From positions 4,402,001 through 4,466,000 of the forward strand of contig JANHCV010000001.1 in the NCBI GenBank assembly GCA_025594325.1: 64,000 bases of DNA, given 5' to 3'. How positions within the stretch are numbered: the first letter of the stretch is position 1; each line of letters starts with the position of its first letter. This document shows, piece by piece, positions 33,546 through 44,200 of this stretch. Source of the DNA: Blastocladiella emersonii ATCC 22665. Its lineage: Eukaryota; Fungi; Blastocladiomycota. The notes under the pieces are model-generated. The model was given only the letters and a program-made list of their open reading frames with translations, searched no databases and was not told where the DNA came from. The position numbers and the translations under genes were made by a program.

Positions 33546-35345
33546 TCATGACCGGCGGAACCAGCTCGTCCACTGGACACTGCTGCGCGGGGACCACGAC
33601 CGCGGCTTCTCCTGCGCGACGGGCTCCGGCTCGAAGCTCGCACTCGAGACACTCCCGCCGCGGTTCGGCGCGACCGACGACGCTTTCCGCGCGCCGAGCG
33701 GCGGGAGTTTCGGGATCTCGACGAGGACGGCGGGGTCGACGGCCGCGAGCCGGACGAGCGGGAACAGCAACCCGAGCGTCTCGACGAGATGGATCTCCGC
33801 GGGCAGCCCGTCGTCATTCGCCGGCACGCGCACGGGGGTCCCGCCGAGGGCGAGGAACCGGAGCTCGCGTATGAGGTACAGCGTGGCGACGACATCGTCG
33901 AGCGCGAGCCCGCGGGCCGCGGGCACGTCGATGGCGAGGTGGCGGAGCCGCGGGCAGTTGGCGGCGAGCGTCTGCAGGCCGGCGGGCGTCAGGATCGTCG
34001 CCGACGAGAAGCGGCCGCCGGCCGATGACATGGGCACCATGACTGAGACGGCGACCGAGGGCCGCGACGACGAGCTGAAGGCCGCGGGCAGGGACACGCC
34101 GAGGAACGAGCTCCCGCCGGCGGCGGTCCCGCCGATCATGGACGGCGGCGCCGTGTGGGTGCCCGAGAGCCCGCCGTTGCCGGGCCCGCCGAAGAGGGCA
34201 GACGCGGGCCCGCGCGCGTCGGCGGCGCCGATGCCCCACCGCGTGTTGGCCTGGGCAGCCGCGACGGCGGGCGGGAGGTCGTCGAGCCCGGTTGCGTACG
34301 GGAAGATGAGGGTCAGGCTGTGCAGCGAGGCGAGCGACTGGGACCACCGCGCGAGCGCCGCGTCCTCGAGCAGCACGGGCGGGCGCGACGACACGATGCA
34401 CAGGGTGCGCAGGGTGTTCCGGCTGGGCCGGAGCCAGTTGGCGAACTCGGCGGCGCTGCCGATCAGGCACTGGTGCAGGGCGAGGTGCGTGAGCCCGCGG
34501 ACGGTGCGGGCGAGGATGCGCAGCTCGACGTCGCCCAACCGCACGTCGTGCAGCTCGAGGTGGCGCAGCGAGCTCGCGTAGATGAGCGTGTTCCACGGCA
34601 TGGCGGCGACGGTGGGCGACTCGGCGCGCAGCTCGGCGAGCGCTTCGGCGAGGGCCTCGGCACGCGTCACCACGTCGCTGAGGACCTGCGGGTGCGGGAC
34701 CGCGACCACCATGACCGTGGCCGCGCGCAGGTGCGCCGCCTCGCGCCACACGTGGCCGACGCCCGCCAGCGTCCGGTGCAGGCGCACGCGGCGGATCTCG
34801 GCCGGGTCCGAGTCGTCGTCGAGCAGCGCCAGCAGCTTGGCGACCAGCTTGATGTGCACGGCCACGCGTACGCCCGCCGAGTGCTTCTTGCGCACTGGAG
34901 GCGCGGGTGGCGTCGCGGACCTGGACGCCGCAACCGCAGCGTTGCGCTGGGCCACGGCGTCGTCGTCAATGTCGGTATCATCGTCATCGTCATGCACGGG
35001 GTCCACGCTCGCGACGCCGGCCAGCGTGAGCGGCGGATCCTCGGCGGCCACGGCGTACACGGGCGCGTTGTCGGTGTGGTGCAGGCCCTCGATCTCGGCG
35101 AGCGGGATACCGCCCGACAGCGGCGACTTGGACCGCGCGGGCGGCGTCTTGACGCGGAGCGGGGTCCTGCTGCCGCTGCCCCCGCTGGGCGTCGGTGGCG
35201 GGCTCGCCGACGTGACGGGCGGCGACATGGGGAGGGGGATCTCGGCCGGGTCGACCGTGTGCGAGGCCGGCATCTTCTTCGTCTTCGGGGTTGTTGTTGG
35301 CGCAGCGGGCGAGGAGGAGGGCTCCGTGAGGTCGGCCGTCGCCAT
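33546..35345 (-). CDS. F-box-like / RNI-type leucine-rich repeat protein; single exon
   Basis: F-box-like segment (IKLVAKLLALL..LAGVGHVWREAA) followed by LRR units LRHLELHDV, LTHLALHQC, LRTLCI, LHSLTL, CPRLRHLAI, LRFLALG. Confidence 0.7.
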   Translation of the reverse strand: MATADLTEPSSSPAAPTTTPKTKKMPASHTVDPAEIPLPMSPPVTSASPPPTPSGGSGSRTPLRVKTPPARSKSPLSGGIPLAEIEGLHHTDNAPVYAVAAEDPPLTLAGVASVDPVHDDDDDTDIDDDAVAQRNAAVAASRSATPPAPPVRKKHSAGVRVAVHIKLVAKLLALLDDDSDPAEIRRVRLHRTLAGVGHVWREAAHLRAATVMVVAVPHPQVLSDVVTRAEALAEALAELRAESPTVAAMPWNTLIYASSLRHLELHDVRLGDVELRILARTVRGLTHLALHQCLIGSAAEFANWLRPSRNTLRTLCIVSSRPPVLLEDAALARWSQSLASLHSLTLIFPYATGLDDLPPAVAAAQANTRWGIGAADARGPASALFGGPGNGGLSGTHTAPPSMIGGTAAGGSSFLGVSLPAAFSSSSRPSVAVSVMVPMSSAGGRFSSATILTPAGLQTLAANCPRLRHLAIDVPAARGLALDDVVATLYLIRELRFLALGGTPVRVPANDDGLPAEIHLVETLGLLFPLVRLAAVDPAVLVEIPKLPPLGARKASSVAPNRGGSVSSASFEPEPVAQEKPRSWSPRSSVQWTSWFRRS

Positions 35346-35872
35346 CGAGGAGGGTATGATGGAACGAGGATCCCAGATCCGCGGCGGTCAGGCTGAGGTT
35401 GATGCGTCTAGTCTTTGGCGCTCCAGTCGCCGTGCGCAGGATGTTCGTCGTCGTCTACGTCGTCGCCGTTGCCGTCGTAGTCGAAGGAGAGCGAGGACGG
35501 TGACGTTCTATTCTGGTGATGCGTCGGCGTCGGCGGCGGCGATGGAACGCGCGGTGCGGCGTTGCGGCGCAGGCTGCAGCAACACCGTGGGCGCGTCAAG
35601 TGTCCGCTGGCCTGCCAGCAGCGTGCGATGATGACGAGGATCAACACGCAGATTTGGAGGAGAAGGGAGGAGAAGGCCAAGGTCGGCGCCGGCGGCGGTC
35701 GGTGGCGAAGGCGGGGAGGCGCTGCTTCGGCGTCGGCCTGGCCCACGCGACCCACGACGCGTGAACGTGCAGCCCGCATGGACATGCGTCCCATCCGCTG
35801 ATCGAATCCGTGATCCCGCATGACGCTGCAGCGTGGTATAAAACGGCTCTGTATATATTACGTATGAGTGTG

Positions 35873-38540
35873 CTAGAGATCCTTGGCAGAAACCACCTCG
35901 GCATCCTCCCGCCTTGCGAGGTTGGCCGCGGTCGCCGCGATCCCGGCGTGCAGCGCGTTTCGCGCCGACGCGACCGCGTGCACGGCGCGTTCCGCGAGCG
36001 GCGACAGCCGGATGCTGTTGGCGCCGTCGTCGTCTGGCCATGCGGTCGCCGCCGCGTGCGGGAGGGGGGACGCGGCATGGCCGGTCGGGCTCTTGGCCGC
36101 CGCGGCGCCTGCGTCGCGACCGCCACCGGCGAGCGGCGCGAAAGCGATCGGCCACGGCTCCGCCGTCACCCCATCCGGCGCACCTCGCCAGTGTGGTGGC
36201 CGATGATGCGCGCGCAAACTGCTGCCGTGCTTGGAGAACCGGCGCGCGGCGGTCGCGGCCGTGGGGCTGCACGTCCACTCGCGCTCGATGCGCAGCGCGC
36301 ACCACATACCGCGTCGTCCGACCTCGGCGAGCGACAGCAGCGTGGCGCTCGGGACGTGCGACGACAGCCGCAGCGCCCACAGGAACCGCAGGATGAAGTC
36401 GGCGACGATCGCCACGTAGTACGACCGCGCGCGGAAGTGGCGCCGCGGGCGGGTCAGGACGGGCCAGGTTGTCGGGCCGACGGACGCGGAGAGGGGGAGT
36501 GTTGAGAACGGCGCGGGCGACGGGTCGCGCGAGTTGGAGGATGAGGTGTAGAAACCCGGGTGCCCGGACGGGTCGGCCTCGTCGCCGCCGTCCGAGGCCG
36601 AGTGGTTGGGCGCGTCGAGCGTGGCGGGGGAGGCCGCGTCGGTGCCCGAGTCGACGAGACCCTTGGCCGAGTCCTGCGCGTGGTACGCGTGGTGCTTGCC
36701 ACTACCCGTGACCTCCTCGTCGCTCTCGCTCGTAGCGCCGCCGTCGGCCTCGTCAGTCCGCCGCCGCCGCTTCGACGACGCCTCGACGCCGCCAAACACG
36801 CCGCCCGTGGACGCAGCAACCGAGCGCGTGCGCCGATGCGACGCAGCCGCGCTGTTCCACGCGCCAGCGAGCGTGGTCGGTGGTGGACGCACGCCGAGCG
36901 ACCAGTCGAGGAACACGTCCCAGTAGAACGAGTACAGCGTGTTGACGAGGCCGGCGACGAGCCACGCCGCCGTGGTGCCCGGGCTCACGCCGCCCGCGCT
37001 GTAGTGGCGGTGCGCCGCGGACAGGAAGATAACGGGGAGCGCCGACGCGTACTTGATGGCGTTGGCGAGGTGGCGCGCCGCGGGCGTTGGTGGGAGCGGG
37101 AGGTAGGTCGGGAATCGTGGCTCGTCGGCGACCGTGGCGGCAGCGGCAGCGGGCCGGTGCGCGAGCGGCTGCAGGTACGTCGACGAGTTGGCCGTCGTAA
37201 AAGGTGGCGGGTGCGAGTGATGCGATGAGCTCGGGGAGTGGGCGAGCGGTAACGGCGGGGGTGACCGATGGCGCACCTTGGTGCCCGTGCGCGACGAGGA
37301 GACGGCGTCGTGGTCGCCGACATCAGCGTGTGCGAGCTTGTCCGAGGCGTGGACCTTTGACGCAGCAGCAGACTCAGCGGCCATGGCGCGGAACCACTCG
37401 GCGATGCACTGGCGGAACCGGACGAGATATGGTAGGCTGTAGAGAGTGTGGTGTCAGCAGCGGTTCGCGAGAACCGAAGAGCAATGATAGCGGACCTGAT
37501 CAGGACGGGCTCAATGAGCGGGTGCGCAGGGACCGAGGCGCCAAAGCTGACGTAGATGTCGGCAAAGACGCGGGCAAAGCTGGTGAGGAAATCGGCGAGG
37601 AGCACGTCCGAGAAGTTGACGACTTGCGAGAGCGATGGGGTAAAGATGCGAATGAGGCCACTGTTGAGGGACACGAACGGCGTTAGCGAGGTCGGACGGC
37701 GCGTAGTAGCAACAGTCACAGTCCGTACCGAACGAGGTGCATGCGCTCCGTATACCCGGCAATGTTAACGGGGAGCAGCAGGACGGCGAGACCGAGGAGG
37801 TAGACGCCGACGGGCCCGAGATGGAACAGCGAGTGGAAGATCCACGCGAGGACAGCCGTGAGCCCGACAGCCTGCAGGACCTGGTAGGCCGTCGACGCGC
37901 CCGACGGGTGCGGTCCAGATCCGCGCGTCCCGCCCGGCGCGAGGGAGAGCACGCGCGCGACGGGGACCCCACTCGACTCGGCGGCGACGAGCGCGATCGC
38001 CCACGCCGTGGCGCCGAACAGGAGCAGCGTGAGGACGCGGTACCCGTCGTGCGGCAGCGTCCACCACGTCGGGTCCTGCGCAAGCGGGTGCGTCACGTCG
38101 AGCGGCAGCGTGGTCTTGGACGGCACGGGGTGCTCGTCCTCGAGCCCAGCACCGACGGCGTCGTTGGGCAATGGCGGCAACGCGGGCACCACTTCGGAGT
38201 CGAGGTCGATGGCGATGGGCGTAGGCGCGGCGACGACAATGTGCGCGCGTTCTGGCGGTGCGAGTGGCGGCACAGCTAGCGCGGCGGCGGCGGCGGCGCC
38301 ACGTGTCGCGACTGCGAGATGGGCGGTGATCAGGAGCATGATGGCGGCCACGGCGAGCGCGAGGTACGCCCACAGCCGGCGCTGCGAGGGACATGGCGCT
38401 GCATCGGCTGAGCTCGGTTTGACGACTTCCGGCAGCAGCGCGTCCGTGTCGTGCAGTGGCGGCACGTCGACGGCCACGGCGACGGCGACGGCGCCCTCGG
38501 GCAGCGGGGCCGCTGGGCGCGGCGGCAGCGGCAGGTTCAT
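35873..38540 (-). CDS. ERD1: EXS-family membrane protein (Erd1-like); 3 exons
   Basis: YRVLTLLLFG, FSDVLLADFLTSFA, spliced LPYLVRFRQCI, HLANAIKY, YSFYWDVFLDW, ILRFLW, EVGRRGMWCALRIEREW. Confidence 0.88.
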
Positions 38541-39208
38541 GGGGAGTGCGGCCGCGCGCGCGCAGAAGTCGATGCGTAGCAGAGTGGGGTGGCGTGGAGT
38601 GAGATCTGCGCGGGGGGAGCGCGAACGGAAAGCTTCGCGCGCGGCGAGGGACACCGGCGGCGGGAGACAACGCGAGCGGGCTGTGGCGGTGGCGCTTGCC
38701 GCGCACGTGCGGCGGGCTGCGAGGCAAAACCGGGGCGCACGTGAGCAAAACCGCGCGAAACTCGGGCGAGATCGGGCGGCGCGCGGATCACCGCGGGTTT
38801 TCAGCTGGCTGCACTTCAAGACCGCCTCACGCCGCCGCCGGGTTCGCTGCGTCCTCAACCTCGCACACGACTGTATGCTGTCCATGTCACTCAAAGCAAC
38901 CTGTTGCACCCGCTCCATCCCCAACAAACCCGCCCCCGCGTGCGGCCCACGGAGGGCTAAGCGCGAGCGTTCCGGCGGCTCGGGTGTCGTTCGCTGCTGC
39001 GCTACGCCTGGTGTCCCTGCGCGCGCGTGGGCAGGAGCGATGCCCGCCCTGATGGGCGGCTGCGGGTGGGCTGCGGGCGTCTGGAGCGAGAGCGGGAACT
39101 GCAGAGCGCCCCCAACTTCAGCCCGCTCACCACTCTTCTCTCTCTCCCCCTCTCTCCACCTATCGACCTCGTCCGTTCCAGTTGCTGTAGGTCTGCACTC
39201 TCGACACC

Positions 39209-40298
39209 ATGTTTGCCTCCCTTCGCACCGCCGCTGCCCGCTCGGTACGCCCGCCTCGCGGTTTATCGCACACCATCGCGTCGAGGCCCTTGACCAACGT
39301 GTCATCTCTGATGAGTGTAGCTTGCCCGCTCGTACGCCACGGCGCCCAACTCGGTCCTCGTCGTGGTCGAGCACCAGCAGGGCAAGGTTGCCGCCGGCAC
39401 CCTCAACGCCGTGACCGCCGCCCAGCAGATGGGCTCGCAGGTCGCCTTTGTCGTGCCCGCTGCCGATGCCGCCGCCGCCGCGCCCATCGTCGCCGAGCTC
39501 CAGGCCCACAACCCGGCCCGCATCGTGGTCGCCACCGACGCTGCCCTGGCTGCCCACCCGACGGGCGCCGAGGTCGTCGCTCCCCTCGTGGCCCAGGCCG
39601 CGCGCGAGCTCGGCGCCTCGCACATTGTCGGCCCCACCTCGGCCTACGCCAAGAACATCCTGCCCCGCGTCGCCGCCCTGCTCGACGTGTCGGCTGTCTC
39701 GGACGTGGTCTCGGTCGTCGACAAGGACACGTTCACCCGCCCCATCTACGCCGGCAACGCCATCGCCACGGTCAAGTCCAAGGACGCCATCAAGATCGTG
39801 ACCGTGCGCCCGACCGCGTTCGCCGCCGCCACCGCCGGCGCCGCTGGCTCGGCCCCCGTCGACACGGTCACGACCGCTGCGCCCGCCACCGCGTCCAAGT
39901 TCATTAGCGAGGAGATTGTCAAGTCGGACCGCCCCACGCTCGACGCCGCCAAGGTGGTCGTGTCGGGTGGCCGCGCGCTCAAGTCGGCCGACAACTTCAA
40001 GATCCTGTACGACCTCGCCGACAAGCTCGGCGGCACCGTGGGCGCGTCGCGCGCCGCCGTCGATGCCGGCTACGCCGACAACTCGCTCCAGATCGGCCAG
40101 ACCGGTAAGGTGATTGCGCCCCAGCTCTACATTGGGTGCGGTATCTCGGGCGCGATCCAGCACCTCGCCGGCATGAAGGACTCCAAGGTCATTGTCGCCA
40201 TCAACAAGGACCCCGAGGCGCCCATCTTCCAGGTCGCCGACTACGGTCTCGAGGCCGACCTGTTCGAGGCCGTCCCCGAGATGACCAAGAAGCTGTAA
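39209..40298 (+). CDS. ETFA: Electron transfer flavoprotein alpha subunit; 2 exons
   Basis: [80 protein letters not shown]. Confidence 0.96.
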
Positions 40299-40322
40299 GG
40301 TGTTTGCCTGCTGATCGGTGAT

Positions 40323-40349
40323 CGTGTCGTGTCGTGTCGTGTCGTGTCG
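40323..40349. repeat. (CGTGT)5 microsatellite in the ETFA 3' region
   Basis: Visible directly in the sequence. Confidence 0.9.
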
Positions 40350-41239
40350 TCCCTCCCCGCTCCTCTCCCTTCGCGAGCGCGTCGTCGTTGTTCCCTTGAT
40401 GTTGATATAGCTATCCCGGCCGTGCCTGGCCGTTTACCCTCTTTCCACTTGCCTTCGGGTCTCGAGTGCCTCAAGTTGCTGTGGCGGCCGTGATCGCTCC
40501 TGCAAGTCAAGACGCGTCAGCTGTCCTTCCGCCCCGCGTCCCTTCGACCAGCAACTACGCCAGGTCGCTGCGCGTCCATCCTCGCTCTCCGATCCCTTCT
40601 GAAGCGCGAAACACACCATGAAAGCTTAGAGACCCTCTGCACTGGTCGGCGCTCGGGCGGCATGCTAGGCCCGCCTTTGTGCCAACAATTTTGGCGGATG
40701 CTCGCCGTCATCTTCGCCGCTGAGGGCAGCGAGACGGCGGAGGTCGTCTCAGTCATCCGCGGCGGCGGGCGTCTCGGCGTTCCCAGCCCGCCGCGGGCGA
40801 GCGAACGGTCGGGTGAGTTTCGCTCCTGCGGCCGTCCATCTCCAACGCTGCCAACCCAACTCGCCGCGCCCATCGCTGCCGCCCTCGACTTGCTGCACTC
40901 CCTCGGCCGCAGCTTGCACACTGCACCGCCGTGCCCGCTGCGTCCCCGACCCGCATCCGACCTCGTCATCCCCGTGCCCGCCGTCTCGCACGCCGCCCCA
41001 TCGCGCCCCGCCCGCCCCCGCCGAGGTCCCTGCCGCGCGATCGCGGTCCGCCCCCGCGCGCAAGCTCCACTTTCGCGACGCGCCGCAGACCCAACCGCGC
41101 GCCCGCGTGCGAGACATTTTCCGTCCCGCGGAGACGCTTCGCCGATCGGGTCTCGTCCCCGTCCCCCTGCGTCCTTGCGGCGTGCAGTGATTATTTAATT
41201 GTGTGGGAGTAGCGTCGTCCTCACGCTCGAAAGTCGATC

Positions 41240-44200
41240 ATGGCGGACGGAACGGCGCCTGTTTCGGGCAGCGGCGACGCGCAGCTCCGTGGAGGTGCGT
41301 CACTTCGCGCGCGTGCCGCGTGGTCCGAGGAAACTCACCTCTTTGCTTCACCTCACCCTCACCTCGTGTCCCCCGCGATTATTTTTCGCATCCTCTAGAG
41401 GTACGCCTGACAGCACGATTGAATTCACAACGCGATCCTGACCTCCCTCGCCCGCGTCCAGCTCCTCGTCCTCGCCGCCAACTTCCTCGCCTCGGTCCCC
41501 GGCGGCCACGATGCCGGCCGCGTCCTCCTCGAGTCGGCCCACGACGGCGGCCTGCTGCCGCGCACCATGGACTACACGGGCCAGTACCGCTCGCAGACGC
41601 CCGCCGAGCTGGTACGATCTCTTTCACGCTGCGCGCCGTCCCATCGCGCGACTGACCACCGTCATGTCTCGTAGCTGCGCAACATCAGCGCCATCCAGTC
41701 GACCGACCTCGTCGGCATCGCGCAGAAATGGATGCAGTCCAACGCCCTCTCGTCGCTCCTCGCCGCCCCGCCGGCGCCCGAGCGCGAGCGCATGCCCATG
41801 TCCATGAGTACGTGGTGGCCGCGGACCATGGCCATCGCCACCCCACCACTAACACGGCCACCACCACCACCCATTTTAGTTCAGAAACTCCGCCTACGCC
41901 AGTCGCACCCGGGCCACCGCGTGACGCTCGCCGAGGCCATGGGCAAGTACGAGGAGATCGGGACGCTGTTCGGGCACACGTTCGAGGTGCTGTGCATGGC
42001 CTTCGACCGCACCCAGCGCCGCATCATCACGGGCAGCAACGACTGGTCCGTCAAGGTGTGGTGCGCCGAGTCCGGTTGGCTCCTCTACACGCTGCGCGGC
42101 CACCTCGCCGAGGTCGAGTTCGTCACCGTCAACCGCGAAAACACCATGATCGCCACCGCCGCCGGCGACGGCACCGTCCGCGTCTGGGACCTGCGCACCG
42201 GCATGCCCGTCGCCACCCTCCGCACCACGCCGCCGCCGCCCGCCCCCGTCGTCGATGGGCCTGCGGCTGCGGCCGCCGCCCAGGCGACGAACCGCGTCAC
42301 CGCCGTCCTCTGGTCGCCCTCGCCGCACCCCGAGAACCGGTTCCTCCTCGCCGCGACGCGGAATGACGCGACGGTCCGCATCTGGCGCTGGGAGCGACCG
42401 GCGGCGGCGGCTGGCGCCAACGCCGCGGCTGCAGCTGGCCCTGGCCACTTCCCCGACCCCGACCACCCGCTCGAGATCCCCGTCCGCACGCTCCCGCACA
42501 CGTACCCCGTGTGTCTCGGCATCGACCCGACGGGCCTCCACATCGCCATCGGCGGGAGTGACGGGATCCTGCGTCTGCACTCGACGCGCCCACTCATCGA
42601 GCACCACCTCGCTCGCGCCGACACGGTCCCGATTCCTGTACTCCCACCCTTCCCCGCCGCCGCCGCCGCTGACGCCATGGATGTGGATCCCGCGGAGACA
42701 CAGAATAGCGGCGACGCGATGCAGGTCGACGACGTGCCGCCAGCACTCCCGCCGCTCTCGCTCGACACGATCCCGTGCGTCGCGCACCTCCGCCACACGG
42801 GCCCGCTCGCCGACGTGCACTTCTCCAACAAGGGCGACCGCATCCTGTCGGCCAGCGAGGAGGGGCTCGCCAACATCTGGACCCTCAACCCGGCCACGGG
42901 CGAGTGGGAGTCGGTCCTCCTCCAGGCCGAGCCCATCCACGAGCCCGACGCCGCCGCTGCCGCCGCTACGGATACCGCCGCGCGCCCCTCGTCTGCCGCG
43001 GGCGCCGACGGGTCGCAGGCGGCGGCGGCCAAGCGCAAGCGGCGGCGCAAGCCGCGGTACCACGTCACCGTGTTCTGCTGGCTGGTCGGCGACGACTACG
43101 TGGTGACCTCGAATGCCGACGGGTACATCCGCGTGTACGAGTCGCAGCACGGCGAGCTGGTGCACGCGATGCGCGGCGACGGGCAGTCGAGCACGGGCGG
43201 CAACGCGCCCGCGGCGGCCGTCGCGGCCATGACGCCCGGCGGCGGGGAGCACATTGCGGCGTACGCCGAGGACGAGCCGTTCGAGATCCTGACGCTCGAG
43301 CCGCACCCGCACGTCCCCGACGTGTTCCTGAGCGCGACGTACATGGCCGGGCACGTCGCGCTGTGGCACCGGTCGCAGTCCGCGCCCGTGTGGACGCGCA
43401 CGCTCAACGGCGTCGTCGGCGACGCGCGCTTCTCGCCCGACGGGTGGACGTTCCTCGTGTCCGAGTACCACCAGGAGCTCGACCCGACCGGGTCGCAGGT
43501 CACCCGCGTGTACGCGATCGGCCGCGACGCCCTCGTCGCGCCCGTTGAGCAGTTCTTCACCAGCGACTTTGACCAGATCGATACCACCTTTGCCGTCCCC
43601 ACGCTCTACGGCCACAACCACCCGTACCACGAGGAACACCCGCAGCTCATCCGCCCGCGCAACTCGGACGTGTACCCGCACCAGCCGCCCGTCGCCGCCC
43701 GCGCAGCGATACCCGCGGGGCTCCCGCCCCACGCCCTCGTCGAGTCGGACCTCGCTGTCGCCGCGCTGCTCGCGAGCGCCGCCCAGCAGCTCGTCATGGC
43801 CGAGTCCGCCGTCCTCCCGCCCGCCGTCGTCGAGGCTCACGCCAAGTCCGTCTCCAAGCGCCCGCGGTCGCACGCCGCCCGCTCGCACCACCACCACCAC
43901 CACCATACCACGACGACGGCGGCCGCCGGCGCGAGTATCGCCGCCAACCCCGCGGCCGCGGTGAGTGCCGGCTGGTTCGCCAACCTCGCAGCCGCCGGCA
44001 CCGGGCTCCCGCCGACGGGCGGCGGGATCGGGCTCATCGACTTTGACCCGACGCAGATGACCATGATCGACAACGATGACTCGGACGACGGTGACTACGA
44101 GGAGGAGGGCGGCGCTGGCCACGACGACGATTTCGCCCCGGCCGCGGCGTCGTCATCGAACCGCCGCCGTCGACGCCGCGGCGAGGAGTACGAGGAGGAG

